64,000 nt of DNA from Actinomycetes bacterium (GTDB lineage: Bacteria > Actinomycetota > Acidimicrobiia > Acidimicrobiales > JABEUL01): contig JAJZNL010000036.1 of assembly GCA_021852345.1 (NCBI GenBank), positions 1,179 through 65,178 on the forward strand. Reading direction: 5' to 3'. Below, piece by piece: positions 19,851 through 29,200 of this stretch (positions within the stretch are counted from its first letter, which is position 1; each line of letters starts with the position of its first letter). The position numbers were made by a program, and so were the translations under genes. The notes beneath the pieces are model-generated. The model had not been told where the DNA came from. It saw nothing but the letters and a program-made list of their open reading frames with translations, and searched no databases.

Positions 19851-20708
19851 GTGACAAGTATTATGGGTAATCAGGCAGCATTTTTCGACCTAGATAAAAC
19901 CGTAATTGCACGTGCCTCTATGGCTGCATTCGGTCAACCGTTTTATAAAGGCGGATTGATTTCAAAATCGACCATCATAAAAAGTTTATATTCTCAACTT
20001 GTTTACAAACATCTTGGCGCATCCGAGCAGAAATTAGAAAAAATTAGAAAGTCTGTACTTGAGCTAACAAAAGGATGGGAACAATCAAGGGTCAGAAAAA
20101 TTGTGGAAGAGGCGTTGGCCACTACCGTTGACCCTATCTTATACAAAGAGGCAATCGAAGAGATTGAAAATCATCAGGCGGCTGGCAGAAAAGTATGGCT
20201 AGTATCGGCATCCCCCGAAGAAATCGTTAAGCCCCTAGGTAGATACATTGGAGTTGACGGGGTAATTGCCTCGCGGGCTCAGGTTGACGAAAACGGCACC
20301 TATACGGGAGAAATGGAGAGATACTGTTTCGCCGATTTTAAAGCACAGGCTATAAAAGAACTTGCCGAAGAAGAAAATCTTGATTTAAGCGAATGTTACT
20401 CTTATTCGGACTCTTATACCGATATGCCAATGCTGAACTTGGTTGGTTTCCCTGTGGCAGTCAATCCGGATCGGTCGTTGCTGAAGGCAGCAAAAGAAAA
20501 TGGGTGGGAAGTAAGACATTATAGCGAACCCATCAGACTGACCGAAAGAAGAGGATTCCTCAACAAAAGAAACACCGTTGCGATAACAAGCATAACTGCA
20601 ATAACGGCGAGTGGTGCTTTGGCGCTTGGTTGGCTAATGGGCAGGCATAAAAGATTGCTTGAATCTGACGGTCACAGTTTAGATAGTCGCAGTCTAAAGG
20701 TTAGTTAG
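19851..20708 (+). CDS. HAD-IB family hydrolase (SerB-like) with a C-terminal hydrophobic anchor
   Basis: It has the motif FFDLDKTV, then VWLVSASP, then YSDSYTDMPML. The C-terminus has a hydrophobic stretch, ITSITAITASGALALGWLM. The start is uncertain (GTG 19851 or ATG 19863). Confidence 0.85.
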   Translation: MTSIMGNQAAFFDLDKTVIARASMAAFGQPFYKGGLISKSTIIKSLYSQLVYKHLGASEQKLEKIRKSVLELTKGWEQSRVRKIVEEALATTVDPILYKEAIEEIENHQAAGRKVWLVSASPEEIVKPLGRYIGVDGVIASRAQVDENGTYTGEMERYCFADFKAQAIKELAEEENLDLSECYSYSDSYTDMPMLNLVGFPVAVNPDRSLLKAAKENGWEVRHYSEPIRLTERRGFLNKRNTVAITSITAITASGALALGWLMGRHKRLLESDGHSLDSRSLKVS

Positions 20709-20724
20709 AAGTTCCTAACTTCTA
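20706..20724 (+). terminator. Short perfect hairpin overlapping the HAD gene stop codon (possible terminator)
   Basis: tagaagtt-cct-aacttcta gives an 8-bp stem and a 3-nt loop. No U-tract follows. Confidence 0.3.
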
Positions 20725-21076
20725 CCGGATTCAAATTCCAGATCACAAGATCAAATGCTGCCACAATAGGAGGATTCAAAACAGGAAGACTCCAGGTTAA
20801 GAATAATTCTAGGTTAAGTCAATTTTTGCAAATGCAATCTGTTAAATTGCGGAGCATTCTAACTTCGCTTTAATCGCAAGATTTGGGCTTGCCATCAGCA
20901 AACAAAAATACAAATTTAGACTGCTGCTCTCGGACGAATTATTTCACCCAAAAGCAGCCTAAGCCTCGAACTCTATTGGTCTAAATACTTTTTTACGGCA
21001 ATCCCACCAATAGCAGCCAATATCAACAAAATAATAAACTTCTTCATGTGTAATATAGTAGCAATATTTTGAACCT

Positions 21077-21526
21077 TTATTCAAAATAATTAATAAACTG
21101 CCGAAAACCGTTTGCATTAGTACACCTTCTACCAGTGAGTTCGATGAAAAGATCATCAGGCGTCTCAAACTTGCCTACGCACCAAGTGTCCGAAACTAGG
21201 TTTGGATCACGACTGGTTATATCTGACGATTCTTCAAGTAAGTCAATTACGGCTAGGATCTGATTCATTGACACAACTCGCTTTTGACAGCCAAAATTCT
21301 TGGGGATGACGAGGTCTAAGGTCTTATGGATAAATCTTGCAAAATTGGCACTGACTACTACTGTTTTAGTAGTACCATCTTGATTCACTAATTTAGAATT
21401 GTTGTGAGGAATTTCATCAAGTTTTGAACTGTCAGCTTCTGAATTAACCGCCAGCTTCAACTTTGATTTATTCTCGACAACAAGTCTGTAGTTTCTCTGT
21501 GAGCACATCATTTTTAGTCCTTTCAA
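21077..21526 (-). CDS. Hypothetical protein (orphan, no family recognised)
   Basis: This 149-aa ORF is the only substantial ORF in a ~1.1-kb stretch between the HAD gene and gmd. No motif was recognised, so coding status is inferred from length only. Confidence 0.5.
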   Translation of the reverse strand: MKGLKMMCSQRNYRLVVENKSKLKLAVNSEADSSKLDEIPHNNSKLVNQDGTTKTVVVSANFARFIHKTLDLVIPKNFGCQKRVVSMNQILAVIDLLEESSDITSRDPNLVSDTWCVGKFETPDDLFIELTGRRCTNANGFRQFINYFE

Positions 21527-21816
21527 TACCTTATATTTAAATTATTGAAAAGTACTCTCAACTAACTTATATTCCAAAGTCTGTTGCGGGTGAGAAAATA
21601 ATTTGAATGAGACTTCAACTGAGACCCAAAATGTCAATTTGACTAATTATCGATAGAATATTTATTGCCAACAAAGATAAAACTGACTAACGAATGATCA
21701 CAATTTTACAATCGAAGTCACCGAAATACTAATTCGACTCGCCAACTCTAAAACTCCACCAGTTACAGACGGTCGATAAATTAATTATACTTAAACCGAA
21801 TTAACAGGTCAGCTAA

Positions 21817-22785
21817 TTAAAGTGACTTTCTCACTAATTCAATGTCGGCCGAAACCATCATCCTAATTAGTTGCTCAAAGCTTACCTCAGGCTCCCAATG
21901 CAATTTATTTTTAGCTTTAGTCGGGTCCCCTACAAGCAAATCAACCTCTGCGGGCCTAAAAAATTTTTCATCCACCTTGACATATTTTTCCATGTCCAAA
22001 CCGGCCTCGTCAAATGCTATTTGACAAACTTCTTTTACCGAATGAGTTTCTCCTGAAGCTACTACGTAGTCATCAGGTGAATCCTGTTGCAACATCTTCC
22101 ACATAGCCTGAACGTAATCTTTGGCATATCCCCAATCCCTTTTTGCTTCCAAGTTACCTAGAGGCAGAGAATTTTTAATTCCGCATACGATTTGGGCTAC
22201 GGTGTGGGAAATCTTTCTGGTTACAAATTCAAGACCGCGTCTTGGGGACTCGTGATTGAAAAGTATTCCCGAACTGGCGTGCATGTTATAACTTTCCCTA
22301 TAGTTTACGGTGATCCAATGACCATAAACTTTAGCTACCCCATAAGGGCTCCTCGGGTAGAACGGTGTGGTTTCAACCTGAGGGACTTCCAACACCTTCC
22401 CGAACATTTCAGATGAACTCGCCTGATAAAACTTGATCTCACGATTTGTCATTCTGATTGCATCCAATAATCTTGTAACGCCTAAAGCAGTCGTCTCTCC
22501 CGTTAAAACTGGTTGACTCCAAGATGTCTGAACAAATGACTGGGCGGCCAAATTGTAAACCTCATCGGGGTTATGGTCCCTAATAACATTTATCATTGAG
22601 GCTTCATCCAATAGGTCGGCGGTGGCAAACGTAATTGAATCCTGTATATGGGCAATTCTTTCAAAATTTAATGTCGAAGACCGTCTCATCATACCAATGA
22701 CTTCGTATCCCTGTTCCAATAAAAATTCAGCCAAATAAGAGCCGTCTTGACCGGTAATCCCGGTTACCAATGCCTTCTTTTTCAT
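21817..22785 (-). CDS. gmd: GDP-mannose 4,6-dehydratase
   Basis: 322 aa with [46 protein letters not shown] and [11 protein letters not shown]. Confidence 0.95.
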   Translation of the reverse strand: MKKKALVTGITGQDGSYLAEFLLEQGYEVIGMMRRSSTLNFERIAHIQDSITFATADLLDEASMINVIRDHNPDEVYNLAAQSFVQTSWSQPVLTGETTALGVTRLLDAIRMTNREIKFYQASSSEMFGKVLEVPQVETTPFYPRSPYGVAKVYGHWITVNYRESYNMHASSGILFNHESPRRGLEFVTRKISHTVAQIVCGIKNSLPLGNLEAKRDWGYAKDYVQAMWKMLQQDSPDDYVVASGETHSVKEVCQIAFDEAGLDMEKYVKVDEKFFRPAEVDLLVGDPTKAKNKLHWEPEVSFEQLIRMMVSADIELVRKSL

Positions 22786-22906
22786 TAAAGTTCCTCAAAT
22801 AAATATTATAAATATACTTTTCGCTAACTATAGATAATAGCGGTAAATCACAAATCCTTTTAAAATTTGCTTCTTAGATACATGGACTATAAAAATTTCC
22901 CCAAGC

Positions 22907-22940
22907 TCAGTATCCATAAAATTCAGTATCCATAAAATTC
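22907..22940. repeat. Period-16 tandem duplication (about 2.1 copies) containing the stop codon and last codons of the enoyl-CoA hydratase gene
   Basis: tcagtatccataaaat occurs at 22907-22922 and 22923-22938, and the match continues 2 nt further. Confidence 0.95.
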
Positions 22941-23801
22941 CGGGTCTCTCTTGTCTATAAAAGCGGAGATACCTTCGGCTGCGTCTCTGCTATAACTTAC
23001 CACACTTAAATGTGATTGAAGCAGCATTAAAGCTTTTTGGTAGTCCATGTGCTCAACAGCATAAAAACTTTTCTTACCGTACCGAACAGCTACTGGCGGT
23101 GCTAGTTTTAGAGGATCTATAAATGCTTCAAGAGTTTTTTCTATATCTTCCAATTTACAAAGTTTATTTATAAAACCTAAGCCTTGAGCCTCAAAAACGT
23201 CTATTCTTCTTCCTGTCATCATTAACTCTAAAGCTAATTTGACTGGAATGCTTCTCAGTATAGGCACCGTAATCATGAACGGCCAAAGCCCAACCTTCAC
23301 CTCGGTGGCCCCGAATACCGCATTATCGGCAGCAACAATAAAATCGCAGGCCAAAGCAAGACCAAATCCTCCTGCCACCGCATATCCACTGACTTTAGCG
23401 ACTATGGGTTTACCCAAATTCCACATCTTGTCAAATAGGAGAGGTAACTGTCCCTTAGCTTCATGCTGTTTTATCATCATTGAGTCCCCGGTCGAACTCA
23501 TCATTGAATTCCCGCCAAGATCAGCACCCGCACAAAAAGCTTTGTCTCCTTGGCCTTCGATTACGACGACTTTAACGTGTGGGTTTACGTCAGCCAAGTC
23601 CATCCCCTGACCTAAAAGTTCCATAACCTGTTGTGTCATTGAATTACGCTGTTGCGGACGGTTAATTGTCAAATACAATGCAGATTCTTTAAGTCGCATC
23701 TGCACCGATGCGTCATCTCCCAGATCAGTTAAGGGAAATTCGTTAAGTTTTGAGAAGTCAATCAAATTTTGCACTATTTTAATTATAAAACTTTTAATCA
23801 C
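22923..23801 (-). CDS. Enoyl-CoA hydratase/isomerase (crotonase) family protein
   Basis: It has LTINRPQQRNSM, AFCAGADLG and a G..VAGGFGLALACD oxyanion-hole pattern. The ~30-aa N-terminal extension suggests the true start may be internal. Confidence 0.88.
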   Translation of the reverse strand: MIKSFIIKIVQNLIDFSKLNEFPLTDLGDDASVQMRLKESALYLTINRPQQRNSMTQQVMELLGQGMDLADVNPHVKVVVIEGQGDKAFCAGADLGGNSMMSSTGDSMMIKQHEAKGQLPLLFDKMWNLGKPIVAKVSGYAVAGGFGLALACDFIVAADNAVFGATEVKVGLWPFMITVPILRSIPVKLALELMMTGRRIDVFEAQGLGFINKLCKLEDIEKTLEAFIDPLKLAPPVAVRYGKKSFYAVEHMDYQKALMLLQSHLSVVSYSRDAAEGISAFIDKRDPEFYGY

Positions 23802-24223
23802 AGTCAGACGAATATGTTCGAGTTGTGTTAAATCTACGAAAATGATTATTGTGCCAATAAACCTATATAAATTATTGTTAAGAATAAAGCTAAATATAAA
23901 GAGTAGATATCAGCCGTACCGTTAACGAAAAGGTTAAATTTATCTAGAGCAGTTTTAATCTTTAAATAAATTTTAAAGAATCAGATCGAGAATTATATTG
24001 TCAAAAAGACAACGGATATATACTGCTATGAACGGCTATCTGCGGCGTAAAAATTAGAACTTCAAAAATAACCGTAATTGAACTTTCCTGTGAGTATTCA
24101 TAAAATTACTGTTTTAGTCCAAAATAATTCCGGTCAAATCTAAAACTGCCATTGTTCAAAAATGTCAGATTTCAATACTTTAAAACTCGACGAATTTAGC
24201 GTTAATTTCGCACATACAAGATT

Positions 24224-24997
24224 TCAACTAAAGTCATTCAAAGTTCTCAACATCGCATGCAAAGTAGCCAGAGCTTCGGCATCTTCTTTAACATAACTTT
24301 TAGATACACCCAAGTCGTCACCGTTGGCCGACGATACTATAACTTTGGCTAAGTAACTTACTTCTGGCTCTACGATGGCCTCTTTAATTTTACAACTGTC
24401 CAACAGAGCTAAAAACTCCTCCACTCTTTTTAAACTTACCGTCGTACCGTTTGGTAGAGCGATAGATCGTTCGCTGGTATTCAAAGGTCCATTGTCGTCA
24501 GCGAACTCCGTTTTGTTGCTAGATCTTTGAACATCTGGCGTAAGCGATTCATCCATAATTGTTTTAATCAGCTGTTTTAAGGACTCCACAACCGAATTAC
24601 TCGACGATATTGACTTTTTTATCGCTACCGATGTGCCGTTGGCCTCAACGGCTATTTGAAAATTACCTTTGTCTAATGCACCTTGTAACTCTTTTTCTTT
24701 AGCTAAAGATGCCAACCTAATTGATGAAGGGAACAACTCTTTAAATATTAGAGGATTCGGATTAACACTATCTTTAGGGATTGGCGGTATGCCAACTGAA
24801 TTAAGGTCGAGCACCCCCTCCTGGAACTGCTGAAATATGCGACGCACCTCACCTTCGGCTTCCGAAACAAGGTTGGCAGGAGTTACTATTAAATCTACCC
24901 CAGCTCTTTCTTCATCATCGAAATGAAAACTTACTCCGATGACACCCCGTACCTTTCTTATTTGCAATTCAATTTCGTCCATCAAAAACAAAGCCAT
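24224..24997 (-). CDS. Hypothetical protein, co-directional partner of the GGDEF cyclase
   Basis: 257-aa ORF lying 84 nt downstream of the GGDEF gene. No TM helix was seen, and no PilZ (RxxxR / D-x-S-x-x-G) or other motif was recognised. Confidence 0.65.
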   Translation of the reverse strand: MALFLMDEIELQIRKVRGVIGVSFHFDDEERAGVDLIVTPANLVSEAEGEVRRIFQQFQEGVLDLNSVGIPPIPKDSVNPNPLIFKELFPSSIRLASLAKEKELQGALDKGNFQIAVEANGTSVAIKKSISSSNSVVESLKQLIKTIMDESLTPDVQRSSNKTEFADDNGPLNTSERSIALPNGTTVSLKRVEEFLALLDSCKIKEAIVEPEVSYLAKVIVSSANGDDLGVSKSYVKEDAEALATLHAMLRTLNDFS

Positions 24998-25081
24998 AAT
25001 ATATAATTTCCTACTTTTTTAATTTACTAATTCTTTGCCTTTATATAGTCGTTTACTTTTCAACTGATTCGTATTAACCTT

Positions 25082-25846
25082 TTAGTTCGTAATTGTCCGC
25101 ATTAGTTTATCATCGTATAATCTTTTATCTGCGAGGTTCCACAGCATTATGATTTCGGTTGCTTCCGTTGGCGCAACTGCAACACCGGCAGAAATTGTGA
25201 CCTCAATTTCGTTTAAAGAGGTTTTGATTCGATCAACTACTTGAGCGGCACCCTCATCGTTGGCATTGGCCAATGCCAAGGCAAATTCATCTCCCCCAAC
25301 TCTGGCAACGCGATCACCGCTTCTGAGGCAGTTTGACAATACTCTTGCAGCCTCTTTTAGAATTCGGTCACCTTCAAGATGTCCTTTAGTGTCGTTTACT
25401 TGCTTAAAATCATTTAAATCCATTAACACCAATGCAAACTGCCAACCATATCTACCAGATTGGAAACTTAAATTAGATAATATTTCATCAAATGACCTGC
25501 GATTTAAAAGATTAGTCAGACCGTCATGCCTTGCGTCGTGTCTAAAATGTTCCGAGTTTAGCGCTAACTCAATCAGATTCAATATCGGTCCTTGATCTAT
25601 GTCAATTTCCGGTTGAGAGTATAATCCAGGGGCAGTCTCCAATAAACTTACTTCAAACATATCTGGATCCAATTGCTTTTTACCCAAACGAAACATCTGA
25701 CGACCAAAATAATCATTATCGACGACCAATACAATGTCTATTAATTTGAAATCATCGGCAATCGCATCCAAGGCATCATAAACAAATCCAACTCCCGATG
25801 CGGATTTGGTTAGCATGTCTACCAGATTTTTAACGAGACTATACAC
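25082..25846 (-). CDS. Diguanylate cyclase (GGDEF domain) with a short N-terminal sensor-like domain
   Basis: It has DGLTNLLNRRSF, MDLNDFKQVNDTKGHLEGD and VGGDEFAL. An RxxD I-site (RSGD) lies five residues upstream of GGDEF. The ~95-aa N-terminal region is soluble and possibly a minimal GAF-like domain. Confidence 0.9.
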   Translation of the reverse strand: MYSLVKNLVDMLTKSASGVGFVYDALDAIADDFKLIDIVLVVDNDYFGRQMFRLGKKQLDPDMFEVSLLETAPGLYSQPEIDIDQGPILNLIELALNSEHFRHDARHDGLTNLLNRRSFDEILSNLSFQSGRYGWQFALVLMDLNDFKQVNDTKGHLEGDRILKEAARVLSNCLRSGDRVARVGGDEFALALANANDEGAAQVVDRIKTSLNEIEVTISAGVAVAPTEATEIIMLWNLADKRLYDDKLMRTITN

Positions 25847-26153
25847 TTGGATCTATTTTCACTTAAATTTATAGCAAGAGAATTATTAGTATAAAATCTA
25901 TACCATGTTTAAACTTATTTCAAATGTTTAACGCTCGCTGTGATAATTATTCGTGAAACCGTTAACTGCAATTAGGGTAAATATATGGTATCTAACTCCT
26001 TCTCTAAAATACACAATGATCAGAAACTACCCTAAATACCGTCAGTCTGACAAAATTTAGAACAGTTAATCTTTTTGTTAAACCAACTTAATTATCGTCA
26101 CGAAATCTAAGAAATTTACCAATTTATAATAAATTCACAAGATTGTGACAATT

Positions 26154-26187
26154 TAATGACTTGCCGCTTGCCAGCTGCCAGTCATTA
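26154..26187 (-). terminator. Hairpin downstream of the ABC1 kinase gene (weak terminator candidate)
   Basis: taatgact (26154-26161) pairs with agtcatta (26180-26187), with a GC-rich 18-nt loop. No U-tract follows. Confidence 0.3.
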
Positions 26188-26221
26188 AAGTCGAATTTGT
26201 CAGCAACCAGTTTGCAGTTGT

Positions 26222-27778
26222 TTAAAGAATATCGCCTGAAAGCTGCTTCATCTGATCTGGATACTTAGCCCTAAAGTACTGAAATATTGGAGCTATTTCG
26301 GCCATTAAATTTATTTCTGGATCCACCGAGGCGATAAAACTATTTAAATAAAGTAAATTCTTAAAAAACAGAATTAAAGCGCTGGGCAATTTTACCTGTC
26401 GTTTCATTAAAAATCTTACGATAGCTCCGACCTGATCAGCAATATCCGTATAGTGAATGTCATCAGAAAGCGTAACTTCTGCTTCAAGATCTTTAGCCAG
26501 TTGATCTACGTCTACTGAATCGTCGAAAGCACCAAAATCCTTTAATGCGTTTAGTTCTACAGTGAAATTATTCATTCCGATTCCGATCATAAATCTGACC
26601 AAGGAGGCTCGCTGAAGTAAATCGATCCTGCCAACAATGCCGAAATCTATGAGGCCCAATCTTCCGTTTTCTTCTGCCAATACATTGCCAGCATGCAAAT
26701 CCCCGTGAAATACGCCGTATACGAGAGTATGTTCAAGAACACCCGATATAACAAGCTGCACCAACCGCCTACGACTTTCTTTCGGTAGCGTATCCCACTG
26801 CAAATTATTATAAGGTTTACCGTTCAACCGTTCCATAATTAAAACTTTTCTTTTTACCATACCTACTACGGGTCTAGGGAAGTCAACAAAATTAACACCT
26901 GCATGTTCGGCCGCCAAACCAAGCTCCAGCATATTTACAGCCTCTAGTCTAAAGTCAATTTCCTGCATGACCAAATTTGCAAAAAGTTCAACAAACCCTG
27001 CCAAATTCGCCTGCTTGGCAACTTCAAACTTTTTCTCAGCCAAAAATGCGATTAAGGCCATCGCTCTTAGGTCCTTCATGAAACTTCGCTTCAACCCGCG
27101 TCTTTGGACTTTTACAACGACCTCTCTGCCGTCTTTCAAAATAGCGGTGTGTACCTGTGCAATAGAAGCTGCCGCAATCGGTTCACGAGAAATTTCTTTA
27201 AAAACTTCTGAAATTTTAACGTTGAGCTCCTCCTGAATTATCTTTGAAATAGTCAGAAAGTCCATCGCGGGTACTTGATCCCGACACCACGAGAAGCTCT
27301 CCACCACTTCATCGGGCAAAAGACCTTTGGCGGAAGCTATAAACTGACCAAGCTTTATGGTAGACGCCCCGCCTGCTCTAATTACATCTTGAAGCTGCTC
27401 CATTGCATTTTCAGAAGTAGTTGGAAACTCATCTCCAAACATCACCCTTTTATAAAAAAGCTTTGGATACCCGACAAACATTTTGGCTCCGGCCACAGTT
27501 ACCCGTCCTGCCGTTTGACCTATTGTCGTTAAACCGTAGGGATTAACGGTTGGTTTTGAAAGAGTTTGTGCAGTTTTAATCAAGCTCTTTCTCAAAACTG
27601 GAACCTCGGTTTCCAGTCTTAAAAACTCCTCCAACAACCCTTCTTGCGAGTTTATCCATTCCGAATTTTTACCCAATTCTACAAAGCTTGGAATTTCTAA
27701 TGACTTTAGCGGCGTATCAAGCTGATCTGAAAGATCGGGAATCTTGTACTCTTTGCCGTTTTCGTTTGTAGCTACCAT
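26222..27778 (-). CDS. ABC1/UbiB-family atypical protein kinase
   Basis: 518 aa with PIAAASIAQVH, VVVKVQRRGL, HGDLHAGNVL and IDFGIVGR. Confidence 0.9.
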   Translation of the reverse strand: MVATNENGKEYKIPDLSDQLDTPLKSLEIPSFVELGKNSEWINSQEGLLEEFLRLETEVPVLRKSLIKTAQTLSKPTVNPYGLTTIGQTAGRVTVAGAKMFVGYPKLFYKRVMFGDEFPTTSENAMEQLQDVIRAGGASTIKLGQFIASAKGLLPDEVVESFSWCRDQVPAMDFLTISKIIQEELNVKISEVFKEISREPIAAASIAQVHTAILKDGREVVVKVQRRGLKRSFMKDLRAMALIAFLAEKKFEVAKQANLAGFVELFANLVMQEIDFRLEAVNMLELGLAAEHAGVNFVDFPRPVVGMVKRKVLIMERLNGKPYNNLQWDTLPKESRRRLVQLVISGVLEHTLVYGVFHGDLHAGNVLAEENGRLGLIDFGIVGRIDLLQRASLVRFMIGIGMNNFTVELNALKDFGAFDDSVDVDQLAKDLEAEVTLSDDIHYTDIADQVGAIVRFLMKRQVKLPSALILFFKNLLYLNSFIASVDPEINLMAEIAPIFQYFRAKYPDQMKQLSGDIL

Positions 27779-27836
27779 TGTGTTGCCTCCTAATTAAACA
27801 CTTTTCTTCTAAGCAATTCTTGTTTTACCCTATTTC

Positions 27837-28451
27837 TTACCCTGATATTCCGTTTACAATTAAATTTGTTACATATTCAACAATTCTCATTTGGGATACC
27901 GATTTACGGTTTAGCCACCAAACTGAGCTGAAGTGAACGATTCCTACAATTGCATAAGCCCAAGCTTCTGCAACCCCCGTGTCTTTTTTATTTAAGGCCA
28001 AAAACTCTCCTAAATAATTAGCTAAAATCAAACTCATCGTCTCTGCAAATTCGGTCATTGTTTCAGAATCGTTTTGACCCGAATAAAAACTCGCCACAAA
28101 CGAATAAACTTCGGGGTCGTTTTGAATAAAATCGAACACCCGAGAGATGGTATTTTTAACAACAGAATGCAAAATATCTTTGTCTATCCGGTTGGACGAC
28201 ATTAATATTCTTTGCATGTCTTGGAACTGCTCGTTTAAAAAATCAGCCATTTCTTTTTGATATCGCTCCGTTATCGCCTTTTTGAGTCCCCGCCTATCTT
28301 CAAAGTAACGGTAAAGTATCACTCTGGTTACTCCCGCAACCTGAGCAATTTCATCCATAGAAACTCCGGGGCCGTTTATTCGAATTGCGTCATATGCACA
28401 ATTTAATAACTCTTCTCTGCGCGATTTCGTCTGAATTGCCCTGCTACTCAA
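27837..28451 (-). CDS. TetR/AcrR-family transcriptional regulator
   Basis: It has an N-terminal HTH (VSMDEIAQVAGVTRVILYRYFEDRRGL). It sits upstream of the ABC1 kinase gene on the same strand. Confidence 0.9.
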   Translation of the reverse strand: MSSRAIQTKSRREELLNCAYDAIRINGPGVSMDEIAQVAGVTRVILYRYFEDRRGLKKAITERYQKEMADFLNEQFQDMQRILMSSNRIDKDILHSVVKNTISRVFDFIQNDPEVYSFVASFYSGQNDSETMTEFAETMSLILANYLGEFLALNKKDTGVAEAWAYAIVGIVHFSSVWWLNRKSVSQMRIVEYVTNLIVNGISG

Positions 28452-28513
28452 AATAAATTATCCTTTACTTGTTCTAAAACCGACTTCCATGATTTCTTCA
28501 ATTTGCCGACATT

Positions 28514-28543
28514 ACTAATTGAAACCAATTCAAACTAATTGAA
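28514..28543. promoter_or_regulatory. Three contiguous 10-mers (actaattgaa / accaattcaa / actaattgaa) upstream of the TetR gene; possible operator
   Basis: Read directly from the sequence, ~65-90 nt upstream of the 28451 start codon. It contains a TTGAA-N5-TTCAA dyad. Confidence 0.3.
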
Positions 28544-28793
28544 CAAAAAACCAAGTAGCTTTCCTTATGCATCCGCTCTAATACTTGTCTTTTGAGAATT
28601 ATGATTTTTTTGTTGGTAAATGGTTTCATTAAATTCAAATTAACTAACTCTTAAACAACCAAAAGATCCAAATTAGATACCAAGTGTTACTCAATTAAAT
28701 AACCTCCTATAAATGACCTCTCGGTCGGTTCGGGTATAAAACTTGTGATTTTCTGGCTAAGTTTTATTCTCGAGTTATGTAAAAAGTTACTTA

Positions 28794-28810
28794 TGTTACA
28801 TAGTGTAACA
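28794..28810. promoter_or_regulatory. Perfect 7-3-7 palindrome tgttaca-tag-tgtaaca in the divergent TetR/TetR intergenic region; possible operator
   Basis: TGTTACA and its reverse complement TGTAACA are separated by 3 nt. The geometry resembles known TetR operators. Confidence 0.35.
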
Positions 28811-29200
28811 CTTTTATTAAAACCAGTGGCCAACAATATCGAAATTATACTTTTGAAGCCGTGCCTATTAAATTAAATTTATCTGCCTAAAATAGTTACA
28901 ACAATCATAAATATAGGCGTCCCGATCAGACCAACGACCACTTAAATGCATTTATCGGCGGAGAAGTTTTTATTAGAACTCTCTCTTTGACTCTATGGGT
29001 GATAAGACTTCGTTTTAAAATAGATGCGCACGGTTCTTTTTTAACTAACGATTCAATTTAACTAACCACGACTCGCCTACTTTTCGCAAAATTATATCAA
29101 AATGCTATGATGTATTTGGTCTTTAAAGTGAATTTCTTTGGCGATCTGAATGTGATCGGCAGGCGGCAAAAGGCTAAAAACTCAAAATAATAGATGAACT

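Noticed and set aside
20959-21168. A 69-aa minus-strand ORF overlaps the end of the 149-aa ORF.
   Set aside because: It overlaps the longer ORF in another frame and has an implausible Cys/Tyr/Trp-rich tail. The alternative-frame 24-aa hydrophobic peptide in the same DNA is mentioned only as speculative.
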